A stretch of DNA of 64,000 nt from Candidatus Poribacteria bacterium (GTDB lineage: Bacteria; Poribacteria; WGA-4E; PCPOR2b), in NCBI GenBank assembly GCA_965208325.1, contig OZ242326.1:3264001-3328000 (forward strand). Direction: 5' to 3'. The translations under genes were made by a program, and so were the position numbers. Shown piece after piece: positions 50,760 through 59,835 of the stretch (position 1 is the first letter of the stretch; every line of letters begins with the position of its first letter). The notes below the pieces were generated by a model that saw only the letters and a list, made by a program, of their open reading frames with translations, made no database searches and was not told the DNA's origin.

Positions 50760-53120
50760 TTAGTCAAACGTCAATCCCACCTCCGAGTCGTATGTGGCTT
50801 CAATTCGATGCGGTTCTTTCCGTTCCCTTGGAAGGATTCTATCGACACTTTTTAGGGCGTGATATCTCCTCCAGCTTATCGGGACTAACAGTTCTCCTGC
50901 GCGAATTGGCTCTTCTTCGCTCAGGGTTTTGTATTCATTATAGAGAGAAGCCGGTAGGACCTCAAGTCCATCAAACGCCCTGTAAAATGCCTCTTCAAGT
51001 CCCTCGTCGGCTGCAAAAGGACGCATTGGGCGTATGCACATTCTATCAAAGTTTGCGGCGGCGTTTTCGTATTTCTCCCGCCAGCGAATCTCGATCTCTC
51101 CGCTATAGATTTCATCTAACCAAGCGCCGATTGCGCCCTCATTAATTGGACGTTCGTTTTCGCGCTCAAGAATTGACAGGGTACGTTTCACCAATTCGGG
51201 ATCATAAATCTTTTGTCCATCGTGGGGTTGACGAAAGACGTGAACAGGCGCGAGGCCTTTCTGTAGTATACGGCGGTTGATACGACCAAAACGTTGTATT
51301 AGTGCCTCCAACGGTGCCGGTTCTGTGTAAATCGTATCCAAATCAATGTCCAGACTGACCTCGACCGCTTGTGTGGCAACGAGGACAATAGGTTGACGTT
51401 TCTCGCTCGTTGCTCCCGTCGCATCCCGAATGAGTTTTTCTTTTGCAGAGCGGTCTCGCATATTGAAACGACCATGTAAAAGTTCCGTTCGGATATTCAC
51501 CGCGTTCAACTGGTCACGAATCTGATTGTATGCCTCTTGTGCCTGATTAACAAGGTTGCACACGACCAACACCGATTTCCCTGCCTTCGCGTCATTAATC
51601 ACCTTTGTTAGATTGGAATCGTCTAATAACTCACCGTCGTGTAGTATGAGTTGATGGCGCTCGAATACTTGAAATAGATCGGGATTGGCTTCAATCGTAG
51701 TTGGCGAGTTTAGAGCTTTAGATAACCACTCTTGAATAAGCGTTGGGAAGGTCGCTGACATAACAAAGAAACGCGCATTGAAATTTACCCTAAGATATTC
51801 GATGGTCTTGAAGATCATCGCCAATCGCGTGACTTCGTAGGCGTGAATCTCGTCAAATATAAACGCCGCGTTATGATAATCGGTAAGCAACGCCTCGTAA
51901 CCCTTGAGGCGGTACATCCCTTTAAGCATTTGATACGGACTAAACACACGGACCGGCGGATAATTAAGCCGTGATAGATTGCGCGCCCATGTTGCGGTAC
52001 GAGCTGCTGTTTTTGTGCCATAACCTTTTTCTAACAGAAGACGGTAAAGCGCGAGGAGACTGCGTCCATGCTGTAAACCAACATATTCCTGTTTTGGAGA
52101 GTTTTTTTCTAAGCGACTTTGCATTGCGTTCATGCTGGCTTGATAGGGGAGTGTATAAAAAAGTCGTGGTAAGCTTCCAATAATTGATGACTGGTGTACG
52201 GCCCAGAACAGAGCGGCTTCAGTTTTCCCGCTACCGGTTGGTGCTACCAGTAGGGCTGAACCATCAACTTGTCCGGCTTGCGACTGATGTCTATGGAGGT
52301 TTTCTGGCAATAATTTATTCCTTGCTAAAATTGTGTCGATATCAAGTTGAACAGGCGGTGGTATTGGTCCAGTGTGTGCGGAGGCACTATGGTCCGCATT
52401 GATGATATAACCGCGAACGGTAATACCTAATACAACTGCATGGGTTACGTATCCATCTTCTAGATCTTCGTTGAACCTACAGTAATCTTCTAACCAGTAT
52501 TGGATTCTCTCAATACCGTGTTGTTGAACGGATTCGATTGCAATGTGCTGCGCTTGCAACGTTGGCATTGAGATGCCAAAACCACTTAATCCAAGTTCAT
52601 CCCGCCACGGGATACCGCATTTTGACAACCAACACCACAATCCACGCAAGATTGTCTCAGATAAAGAAATGTGTTGTGGATACGGGTATTTAGGAAAAAG
52701 ATAACTCTCTTGAATTTCCTTGAAATCTCGATGATGCGAGACAATACTGGCAACAAGCCACTGCTGCTCTTCCGTTGAAAGGTCGTCGGTCACCCAATCC
52801 ACAAATGCAAGCGAAAATACTTCGTGGCGATGTGACCATTTTTTCCCACCAGGACGCAGTTGGGTTTGAAAGCCTGGAACTGCCTTGCCAAAATCGTGAA
52901 GGAAGGCAGACCAGAAAAGGATGTGCCATAAGCGTGGCATATTGAGTTGGGTAGGAAGGTTAGGGCGTATTTGGATAAATTCTGCCAATCGTGATAACAC
53001 ATACCATGTGTGTTGAGCTAACGTTTCTGGATGACCGCCTTCACCCAATTCCGCGCTTTTTGCCCACACATTGTTTAACCAACCCGGATATGGGACGTTT
53101 TCAATTGAAGGTTGCATCAT
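50760..53120 (-). CDS. cas3: CRISPR-associated helicase/nuclease Cas3 (HD + SF2)
   Basis: 'LHDFGK', 'APTGSGKTE', 'DEIH', 'SAT', 'QRFGRINR'; start reset to MMQPS. Confidence 0.95.
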   Translation of the reverse strand: MMQPSIENVPYPGWLNNVWAKSAELGEGGHPETLAQHTWYVLSRLAEFIQIRPNLPTQLNMPRLWHILFWSAFLHDFGKAVPGFQTQLRPGGKKWSHRHEVFSLAFVDWVTDDLSTEEQQWLVASIVSHHRDFKEIQESYLFPKYPYPQHISLSETILRGLWCWLSKCGIPWRDELGLSGFGISMPTLQAQHIAIESVQQHGIERIQYWLEDYCRFNEDLEDGYVTHAVVLGITVRGYIINADHSASAHTGPIPPPVQLDIDTILARNKLLPENLHRHQSQAGQVDGSALLVAPTGSGKTEAALFWAVHQSSIIGSLPRLFYTLPYQASMNAMQSRLEKNSPKQEYVGLQHGRSLLALYRLLLEKGYGTKTAARTATWARNLSRLNYPPVRVFSPYQMLKGMYRLKGYEALLTDYHNAAFIFDEIHAYEVTRLAMIFKTIEYLRVNFNARFFVMSATFPTLIQEWLSKALNSPTTIEANPDLFQVFERHQLILHDGELLDDSNLTKVINDAKAGKSVLVVCNLVNQAQEAYNQIRDQLNAVNIRTELLHGRFNMRDRSAKEKLIRDATGATSEKRQPIVLVATQAVEVSLDIDLDTIYTEPAPLEALIQRFGRINRRILQKGLAPVHVFRQPHDGQKIYDPELVKRTLSILERENERPINEGAIGAWLDEIYSGEIEIRWREKYENAAANFDRMCIRPMRPFAADEGLEEAFYRAFDGLEVLPASLYNEYKTLSEEEPIRAGELLVPISWRRYHALKSVDRILPRERKEPHRIEATYDSEVGLTFD

Positions 53121-53826
53121 TACCTCCCACAAAGCTATGAAAAGCCAATCCGAGATAGTTGCCTTGATATTCAGGTGTTGATGGGTCGATCCAATATTTG
53201 CCCTTCTCATTTGAAAGGGAAACTCGGTCGGTGAGTACCGTGTACTGCGAAAAGGTTGGATGGCGGTTTTGACTGTAATCCAAATAGCGAGGCATAAGAA
53301 CTGATACACCGCGCCCAATTCGGGGTCCCATCTCATGCGGCATAATCGTGTGTTCAAAGTAGGCAGCCTCGTTCTGCTGCAATTCAACAACGTTGATTGC
53401 TGTGTAGGTGAACAGGTCTTGCGATCTGCCCAACGTAACTGCATAGCGTGGACTTCGGAACGCCGCTTCCCACTCTGGGCGGTTGATATAGAGCGTGAGA
53501 CGAGGTTGAAAGAGCAATTCCCTTTCAAAGGGATTTACATTGCCCTCAAGTACATTTGGGATTTGAGTCCCCGGCAGCTTGCTACGACTGGAGTTAGGCG
53601 GTGCCAATACAATGATATGCTCAAGATCCCGGACATGTCCTTGATGGGTGAAATGGTAAGCAAATTGAACTCCATTTGAATCGAACCAATCCCCCAATGC
53701 GCTACAGATATGCCCATAAATGGTTGCGGGTGGCGGCATCTGAAAGCTGGGGTGAATTTGTAGCATAAAGTGAGGATAGCGGAAGGAAGTGGTAAGTCCT
53801 TCCGCAACGATTTTGAGGACTTTCAT
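53101..53826 (-). CDS. cas5: Cas5 (type I-B Tneap/DevS-like)
   Basis: 'SFRYP', 'PPPATIYG', 'LGRSQDL'. Confidence 0.9.
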   Translation of the reverse strand: MKVLKIVAEGLTTSFRYPHFMLQIHPSFQMPPPATIYGHICSALGDWFDSNGVQFAYHFTHQGHVRDLEHIIVLAPPNSSRSKLPGTQIPNVLEGNVNPFERELLFQPRLTLYINRPEWEAAFRSPRYAVTLGRSQDLFTYTAINVVELQQNEAAYFEHTIMPHEMGPRIGRGVSVLMPRYLDYSQNRHPTFSQYTVLTDRVSLSNEKGKYWIDPSTPEYQGNYLGLAFHSFVGGNDATFN

Positions 53827-53892
53827 AGAGACCTCCCAAATCAAAGATGAGAAACCGAGTTTTGAAGAAAAAACTCGGTTTCTTCTCCGTTG

Positions 53893-54999
53893 TCAATCCA
53901 ACCAATTGGCATTTTCCGATTTTTGCAAATCTTCGATTAAAGCCTTAAAGGCGTCTCGTGGATGATTCACTCTAATGTTTGCCTCACAATTTGCCAAACG
54001 GGAGGAATCACTTAATGCTTTCTCAAATTTATCTCGTTCATCGTCGAGATAACCCTTGGTCCAACCGACATAAACATCCGAGAGAATATCATCCTTGAAG
54101 ACCTCCAGTGCTTCAGCAAGCGCGCCATCCTTCAGTTCCGGTCCATCCCGTCGGTTTGGGCCAATGACGTGACCGAAAATGTGATTGCCACCTTTGGTCA
54201 CAGCTAGAATTGTCAGTGCCGGACTCACATCTGTATAATGCAGCGACTGCTTTGCGCCCCCTTCGAGGTGGGCTAGTCCGTCCAAAAGCGTGCTGATGCG
54301 CTGAACGCGCGCCTCGTATGGAAGTCGATAAGATTTTTCAACGTCTAGGTGCTCAAGGTTCTGAGCTTTCGCTAATTCTGTCCTCACGTTGTCAAGGTTT
54401 CGATAACCCGTTTTGTTCCGGTAGGAGAATGTCCCTGCCGCGTGTAAATCAAGTGAAAAGAGTCCTTTGAGAGTTGCGCGGTAGAATTGACTGCTGTATG
54501 GTACAGTATCTCCTTCTATGCGACTCATTGATTCCCAGTCTTCCACAATCCTAACAGGTGCGACAGACACTAGAGTGCTGACTCGGAACGGAGATACTCG
54601 AGTAATTCCCTGTTCTTTTTTCTCCTTGATGTCAAGTGGTGTTAGTTCTTGGTATTCCGGATCTTCTTGTCGTGCCTTTTGAGCTGTTGCATCATTTTTG
54701 GGGGCTCGCATGTAGCCAAAAAGATCGTCATCCCACCACTCAATTGGGTTGGCATCAGTATAAGCGATCTTCCCTTCACGATAAATGGGTGCCTCTTTCC
54801 ACTCAGAATCCATTTTTTCGAGCGTTGTGCGGTGCCAATAGCGGAATGCCTGTGCAGAGACATAAGGAAATACCTTTCCACCTGAACTAATGGCTTTTAC
54901 CGCGACCTTGTTATCGTATAATTCGTCTGGTATGTTGCCCTTGTTGTTAAGTGCTGAAGCAGGAGCATCAATTAGTAACAGACCAGTTATGAAAGACAT
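53893..54999 (-). CDS. cas7: Cas7 (Cst2/DevR-like, type I-B)
   Basis: 'DAPASALNN', 'PYVSAQAFRYW', 'DDDLFGYMRA', 'TRVSPF', 'GGAKQ..HYTDV.P'. Confidence 0.9.
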   Translation of the reverse strand: MSFITGLLLIDAPASALNNKGNIPDELYDNKVAVKAISSGGKVFPYVSAQAFRYWHRTTLEKMDSEWKEAPIYREGKIAYTDANPIEWWDDDLFGYMRAPKNDATAQKARQEDPEYQELTPLDIKEKKEQGITRVSPFRVSTLVSVAPVRIVEDWESMSRIEGDTVPYSSQFYRATLKGLFSLDLHAAGTFSYRNKTGYRNLDNVRTELAKAQNLEHLDVEKSYRLPYEARVQRISTLLDGLAHLEGGAKQSLHYTDVSPALTILAVTKGGNHIFGHVIGPNRRDGPELKDGALAEALEVFKDDILSDVYVGWTKGYLDDERDKFEKALSDSSRLANCEANIRVNHPRDAFKALIEDLQKSENANWLD

Positions 55000-55035
55000 A
55001 AACTAACCTCCTTAGATTTGTGTGAGATTGGCCTT

Positions 55036-56535
55036 TCACTCTGATTGACCATCTTCTTCTTCAATATCGATCTCTATATCTACATCGGCATTCTTATCAA
55101 ACCAACCTAGTTTGTGTAACCGTTCAATCATTCGCAGGAATACTAAATCACGTGTGAGTCGCCAATTCAGGTGGGAATCATTCTCGGCGTGTTCAAAAAC
55201 CTCAATGTAAGGATCGAACTCAATAATTGGAGAATTACCGCTCTTTATTTGGCGATAGTTTGCTCGAAGTAGAGCCGTACGAAATACACCGTAATTTATG
55301 TGCCGAAAATTCGTAAACAGATGATGATCGTCTTGCTTACTGATGTGTTCAGCCAAGCGATCTCCCATCTTACGAATTTCCTCAATCCGTCCTTCTTCCA
55401 TATTAAATACCTCCCTTAAAAAAGATGAAGTGATGTTCCATGAAACCAAATCCATCTCATGTGTTAATCCGTAGTCCCCCCGTGGATCACCTTTTTCGGC
55501 GCGGGCGTAACGGAACGGACGACGCAAAAAGTAGGTGCGTAAAAATCTCTTTGCTCTATCTGGTCGCAGAAACAATCCATCATATAGTCTCAGGATTTCT
55601 TCATAAAGCCAATTGCGATGCGAATGGAATGGTTTATCCTCCTTTTTCTTTCGTTTCTTCTGCGGTTCAGTTTCCCACGCCCGATTGACAATTTGGCTCC
55701 ATTGTGTACGGTAAACTGGGCTCTCCATTTCGCGCAGAAATCCGATAATTTGGAGCGGTAGGTGATAGATATCCAAACCGACCCCCTGCCCGCTGTTCGT
55801 TAGATGATATGCCGTGATTGAGAAGTGCTCCTCATCATGAGATTTCTTCCGTTGTCTAATATCTGCCCGACAAAGCGTGTTGATTAGCAGTGTACCGCGA
55901 GAGTGATGGGGTTCGTCCATTTTCTTGCTGCCCGCTTCTTGGGCAAGGGTAATGGCTCTCAGGTTTCCTTCTAGAAATGTCCGGGCAAAATGCAGCATAA
56001 GGCTCGGGTTGTCCGAATGCACCGCAAGCAATCGCCCACCAGACTTTGCACAACCAAGCGGAAACGCTTGAATAGCAAGCAGTGCTTCGCCTGAAACAGG
56101 CAAGCCAGCATCACCATAGGTGTGGAAATTGATAACATTCTCGCCGGTAAGCAATGGAATGTGTTGCCGAAAAGCACGTCCTTGTGGAAGATTCTCTTTC
56201 TCTCCAAACGCTACATCAACAGCAGGTTTGCCTGTGAAAACACACACTTCATCATCAAGTAACGGCGTATCAGCCCTGTAGTTGCGAAGCACACGCTCCG
56301 CATACCTCTTCCGTTTTTCTGGCCTCCTAATGTATGCTGGCTGCGTAAAGCCTGAGTTTGGAAAAGCAACTGTTAAAAACGACTTGAGCGGATCTTGGAC
56401 ATACTCAAGAGCGATATAGTCCGCAACATCGTCTAGATCTGCTTCGGTTAGTTCTTCAGGTCTTCGCTTGTGGGCAAAGGCGGTAATTGTCGCAATTCCC
56501 ACATCAACAAGTGGATGCCCTGTGTATTTGAGCAT
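55036..56535 (-). CDS. cas8b1: Cas8b1/Cst1 large subunit (type I-B)
   Basis: 'YTGHPLVDVG', 'RQHIPLLTG....NF', 'W.LTRDL...RMIE.L'; position between cas6 and cas7. Confidence 0.8.
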   Translation of the reverse strand: MLKYTGHPLVDVGIATITAFAHKRRPEELTEADLDDVADYIALEYVQDPLKSFLTVAFPNSGFTQPAYIRRPEKRKRYAERVLRNYRADTPLLDDEVCVFTGKPAVDVAFGEKENLPQGRAFRQHIPLLTGENVINFHTYGDAGLPVSGEALLAIQAFPLGCAKSGGRLLAVHSDNPSLMLHFARTFLEGNLRAITLAQEAGSKKMDEPHHSRGTLLINTLCRADIRQRKKSHDEEHFSITAYHLTNSGQGVGLDIYHLPLQIIGFLREMESPVYRTQWSQIVNRAWETEPQKKRKKKEDKPFHSHRNWLYEEILRLYDGLFLRPDRAKRFLRTYFLRRPFRYARAEKGDPRGDYGLTHEMDLVSWNITSSFLREVFNMEEGRIEEIRKMGDRLAEHISKQDDHHLFTNFRHINYGVFRTALLRANYRQIKSGNSPIIEFDPYIEVFEHAENDSHLNWRLTRDLVFLRMIERLHKLGWFDKNADVDIEIDIEEEDGQSE

Positions 56536-56536
56536 T

Positions 56537-57511
56537 CTATTTTATCCTCCCTTCTTTAGCAACGGAGTTTCTGTGGTGGATCTCATACTTCCCCAACCCA
56601 AACGTCGCATTTTTGCCGACATGCAGAAATTTGCCCAACGCTACAAACGGCAGGAATGCCTCTAAATCGCCAGTGTAGGTTACATTGCCGACTAAACCGC
56701 CGAGTTGCATCTTCTGATTCTGGCGTGAGGAGTAGCGCGTCCAGTCCTTCCATCGTAAACTGCTGTCAACGGTCTCGACCGTCTCTGCCTGTGCGATGAG
56801 TCCTTTAAAGTCGAGCTCCAGTGATTCGCCGCAGTGGAAATATGCCAACGCGGAGATGCGGCCAATCAGGCGCCGCCAGAAGAGGTGGAAAGGGAGTTTA
56901 TCGGTCAACTGTCCACCGTGCGTGATGCGCGTGGGGTTGAGCAAGTGGAAGGTCAACCGGTCGTTCGGTAGGGATGCGGTGTTGTCCCGAATCTCGCCAA
57001 AACTGAGTGTGTTATTTCGATTGTGGACCATCTGGGTTTCGCTGTCGTAGATACATTCACCGTCATCGCTCAGGACTCGGGTCAACTGGAAACGTCCGCG
57101 TCCCTTGCCGATTCCGATCTCGCCCAGCTCGCGGAAGCTGGCGATGAAATAGGGGAGGTAGTCAATGGCACGGCCGATGAGCGTGAGTTGGAACGAGAAC
57201 GATTCGCCTACCCGGTATTCGCCGCGTGTATCCAACGGATCAATGACAAACGGTCTCGGCACGTCGCCATAAGTTCGCAACTGCTGCGCCCCTTCAAACG
57301 GCGCCGTCTCAAAGATGTACGGGTATGGGCAGGCGACCTTTAGTACACAATCTCGGCAGTCGATCGGTCCTTGGGTGCAAACCATTTTTCGGAATGCATG
57401 ACCGAATCCGCCGCGGAGCGTCGAGCCAGCGTAGGGCGGCATCACAATGGGTGATCGTACGGTTAGAATTACACGGTATCGCGCGAGTCTGAAATTTTGA
57501 AGTAGATTCAT
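56537..57511 (-). CDS. cas6: crRNA-processing endoribonuclease Cas6
   Basis: 'GSTLRGGFG', 'PRPFVI', 'GIGKGRG', G-loop 'HVGKNATFGLG'. Confidence 0.92.
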   Translation of the reverse strand: MNLLQNFRLARYRVILTVRSPIVMPPYAGSTLRGGFGHAFRKMVCTQGPIDCRDCVLKVACPYPYIFETAPFEGAQQLRTYGDVPRPFVIDPLDTRGEYRVGESFSFQLTLIGRAIDYLPYFIASFRELGEIGIGKGRGRFQLTRVLSDDGECIYDSETQMVHNRNNTLSFGEIRDNTASLPNDRLTFHLLNPTRITHGGQLTDKLPFHLFWRRLIGRISALAYFHCGESLELDFKGLIAQAETVETVDSSLRWKDWTRYSSRQNQKMQLGGLVGNVTYTGDLEAFLPFVALGKFLHVGKNATFGLGKYEIHHRNSVAKEGRIK

Positions 57512-57532
57512 TGGTGAGCTCCAGATTTTTTT

Positions 57533-57549
57533 GTCCGCTTTTCATCGCG
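57533..57549 (-). repeat. Solitary CRISPR-repeat core in cas6 5' UTR
   Basis: 17-nt exact match GTCCGCTTTTCATCGCG to the array repeat, ~21 nt upstream of the cas6 ATG. Confidence 0.8.
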
Positions 57550-57580
57550 TGATTGGGTAGGTCTTTGAAACCGGAATCTC

Positions 57581-57717
57581 AGAAACCAAGTTTTGAAGAA
57601 AAAACTTGGTTTAAAGCTAAGTCGAGTTTTGAAGAAAAAAACTCGGTTTCAATGGCTGAAGCAACGGAGTTTTGAAGAAAAAACTTGGTTTCAAGATAGA
57701 AGAAAAAACTCGGTTTT
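57581..57717. repeat. Cluster of AAACCGAGTTTT-GAAGAA-AAAACTCGGTTT palindromes (REP-like)
   Basis: 3-4 copies here; further copies at 16006, 47513, 47954, 50322, 50641-50738, 53850 and 58319. Confidence 0.85.
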
Positions 57718-57736
57718 GACTTGGCTTCGAGGGATT

Positions 57737-58303
57737 TTAATCGAACATCATATGCTCGATTAACTCTCTGTCGGTCTCGGAATATGCGAGGACAAATTTT
57801 GCATATGCTTGGCGCGAGGGAAACTGGGAAAGTACAATTTGAGGCTTGGCTAATGTGCCGTTGCGCAAACCAACGTAGTCCTTATAGCTTGAAAATGTCC
57901 AGTTCGCTGGGTTATCCGTTAACCCCGCGAACACCGGATTCAGGTGAATATAGCGCGAAAGATGCAGTAAATACTCGATTTTGTCGATTAACTTTGCCTT
58001 AAAGGCACCTTGAAAAATTGGTCCCACACGGCTCTGTTGCCGGTTCACCGCTTTGGTGTATGATACTGTGAATGGTTGCATGATTTTAGTGCTAAGGTTG
58101 TCATCGTTTAGGTAAACCAGAATGTGGTAATGATTCGGCATGAGACAATAAGCAACAATGTCAATCAATTCAGGGCGGCAGTAGCGGCGAAGGCGTTTTA
58201 TAAAATACTCCCAGTTTTCCTCGTTGAAGAAAATCGGTTCACGATTTACGCCGCGGTTGTATAGGTGGTAATAGTGTCCGGCTTTGAATTGTAGGTTGCG
58301 CAT
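57737..58303 (-). CDS. REP-associated tyrosine transposase (RAYT, Y1_Tnp HUH nuclease)
   Basis: 'YHLYNRG', 'AYCLMPNHYH' (HUH), 'G.IFQ..FK', 'YIHLNPV.AG', 'W.FSSY'; flanked by palindromes. Confidence 0.9.
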   Translation of the reverse strand: MRNLQFKAGHYYHLYNRGVNREPIFFNEENWEYFIKRLRRYCRPELIDIVAYCLMPNHYHILVYLNDDNLSTKIMQPFTVSYTKAVNRQQSRVGPIFQGAFKAKLIDKIEYLLHLSRYIHLNPVFAGLTDNPANWTFSSYKDYVGLRNGTLAKPQIVLSQFPSRQAYAKFVLAYSETDRELIEHMMFD

Positions 58304-58388
58304 TTGTAGTTTTTTAAGAAACCGAGTTTTGAAGAAAAAACTCGGTTTATAAGGATTATATCATGCCAGAGTGCAATATATTCGCACT

Positions 58389-59360
58389 TTACTTTTTGGC
58401 GTAAATTTTTTTCATTTTTTCGGCTTCGTCGTGGATTTCACGGCGGAGGCTTTCGGGTTCGAGGACTTCCGCATGCGATCCGTAGCCCATGACCCAGCGT
58501 TTTACTTCGCCTATCCCACCGACTCTCAGTCGCAGTATCAGTTCGCCCGACGGTAATTCCTCAATTTGTTGGCTGGAATGCCATTGACGTTCTCTTATCC
58601 AGCGCGCCTGATATTCGTCAAATCTGACCGCGACATCAGTTAGCGATGGGGAGCGTTCGGCGAGAAACCCACTGGCTAAGTATGCATCTAACGAAAAGCC
58701 GGGATTGACTTTGAACGTCGAGGTTAGGGGTTTATGCGCATTGATGCGGCTGGCGAGAAAGTCGCGAGGTTCACGCCGCATGTGGCAGTAGGCGATAAGA
58801 TACCAATCGCCGCGGATGTTATGGAGGTGATACGGGTCGACGGTACGCGTGCTCGTTTTGCCGCTGCTCGCAGAAAAGTATTCCATTTCAACCGAACGCT
58901 TTGTGCGGATGGCTTCATTGAAATCTATGAGCAGTTCCGGTTTGACCTTTGCAGTGCTGCCGCCTGAGAATGTAAACGCAGAAGTTTCTTTTTGTGCGTC
59001 GTAGCTTACGTGCGCCGGCAGATGTTGTTTAATCTTATCGAGTGCGAGTTTTAGAGGGGTTTCAAAGGGCGTGCCTAGATAACGCTTGAATAGTTCTTCA
59101 CCTAGGAATAGCGCTGTAATTTCTTCACGTGTCAGCATTATTGCGGGAAGGGAATAGGTGGGATCCGTGTAGTACCAGCCGTTATTGGATGCGTCGCGTT
59201 TGATTGGCGCGCCAAGGCGATTTATCATAAATTTTCTATCTTCGTAGGCGATTCGGGTGCTGCGGAGTTCGAAGCGTTCCTTGACGGTGTGGGCGTTTGG
59301 ATACTTGTTTGCGCGGATTTGCTCGTCTATCCAGTAAATTCTTTCCAGCTTTGTGGACAT
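58389..59360 (-). CDS. HTH-WYL transcriptional regulator
   Basis: N-terminal wHTH, 'RTVDPYHL....WYLIAYC..R...R.F..SRI', WCX 'WVMGYG..AEVLEP..LR'. Confidence 0.92.
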   Translation of the reverse strand: MSTKLERIYWIDEQIRANKYPNAHTVKERFELRSTRIAYEDRKFMINRLGAPIKRDASNNGWYYTDPTYSLPAIMLTREEITALFLGEELFKRYLGTPFETPLKLALDKIKQHLPAHVSYDAQKETSAFTFSGGSTAKVKPELLIDFNEAIRTKRSVEMEYFSASSGKTSTRTVDPYHLHNIRGDWYLIAYCHMRREPRDFLASRINAHKPLTSTFKVNPGFSLDAYLASGFLAERSPSLTDVAVRFDEYQARWIRERQWHSSQQIEELPSGELILRLRVGGIGEVKRWVMGYGSHAEVLEPESLRREIHDEAEKMKKIYAKK

Positions 59361-59435
59361 ACGGCGTTGTCTCCTTTCAGAATAAGGTATTCGGTTGAAT
59401 ATTATACCTTGCGCGTTGGGTATTGGGAGGCAAAA

Positions 59436-59524
59436 TGAGTAAAAAGTAAAAAGTAATGAGTAATGCGTAATGAGTGATGAGTAATAGGTAATGAGTAATG
59501 AGTAATAGGTAATACGTAATGAGT
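59436..59524. repeat. Heptamer tandem repeat upstream of the WYL gene
   Basis: GAGTAAT/GCGTAAT/AGGTAAT units. Confidence 0.85.
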
Positions 59525-59835
59525 GCGGTTAGAAGCCGCTCCCACAGGTGGTGTGCCGCAATTCAGAGATTGCTGCTACGGGGGAGGGTGAATCTAGGGT
59601 GCCGGCGGTAGAATTCGATGATTTGACTATTTTGGTAACTTCGAGCAAGAACTACAAGTAAAACCTCCCCCTCCTTCTTGGCAAGAAAGAAGAGAAATAG
59701 TGTGCGGACGATATAGGCTTGCCGTAAACAGCTAAAATTGATATAGTCATATTCAGTACATTAAGTTGGGTTCATTGATTAAATTCTAACCGATATGCCG
59801 CCAACGGCGTAACCACTGAAAAAATTTCAATTCTG

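Noticed and set aside
53121..53528. 136-aa N-terminal extension of Cas3 in the ORF track
   Set aside because: It overlaps cas5 in another frame; a GGAGG RBS supports the start at 53120.
40616..59500. Tn7-like CAST (type I-B) inserted at attTn7 downstream of glmS
   Set aside because: No tnsA/B/C or tniQ/tnsD genes and no evident Tn7 end after glmS. cas3, cas1, cas2 and cas4 are present, as in a canonical interference system.
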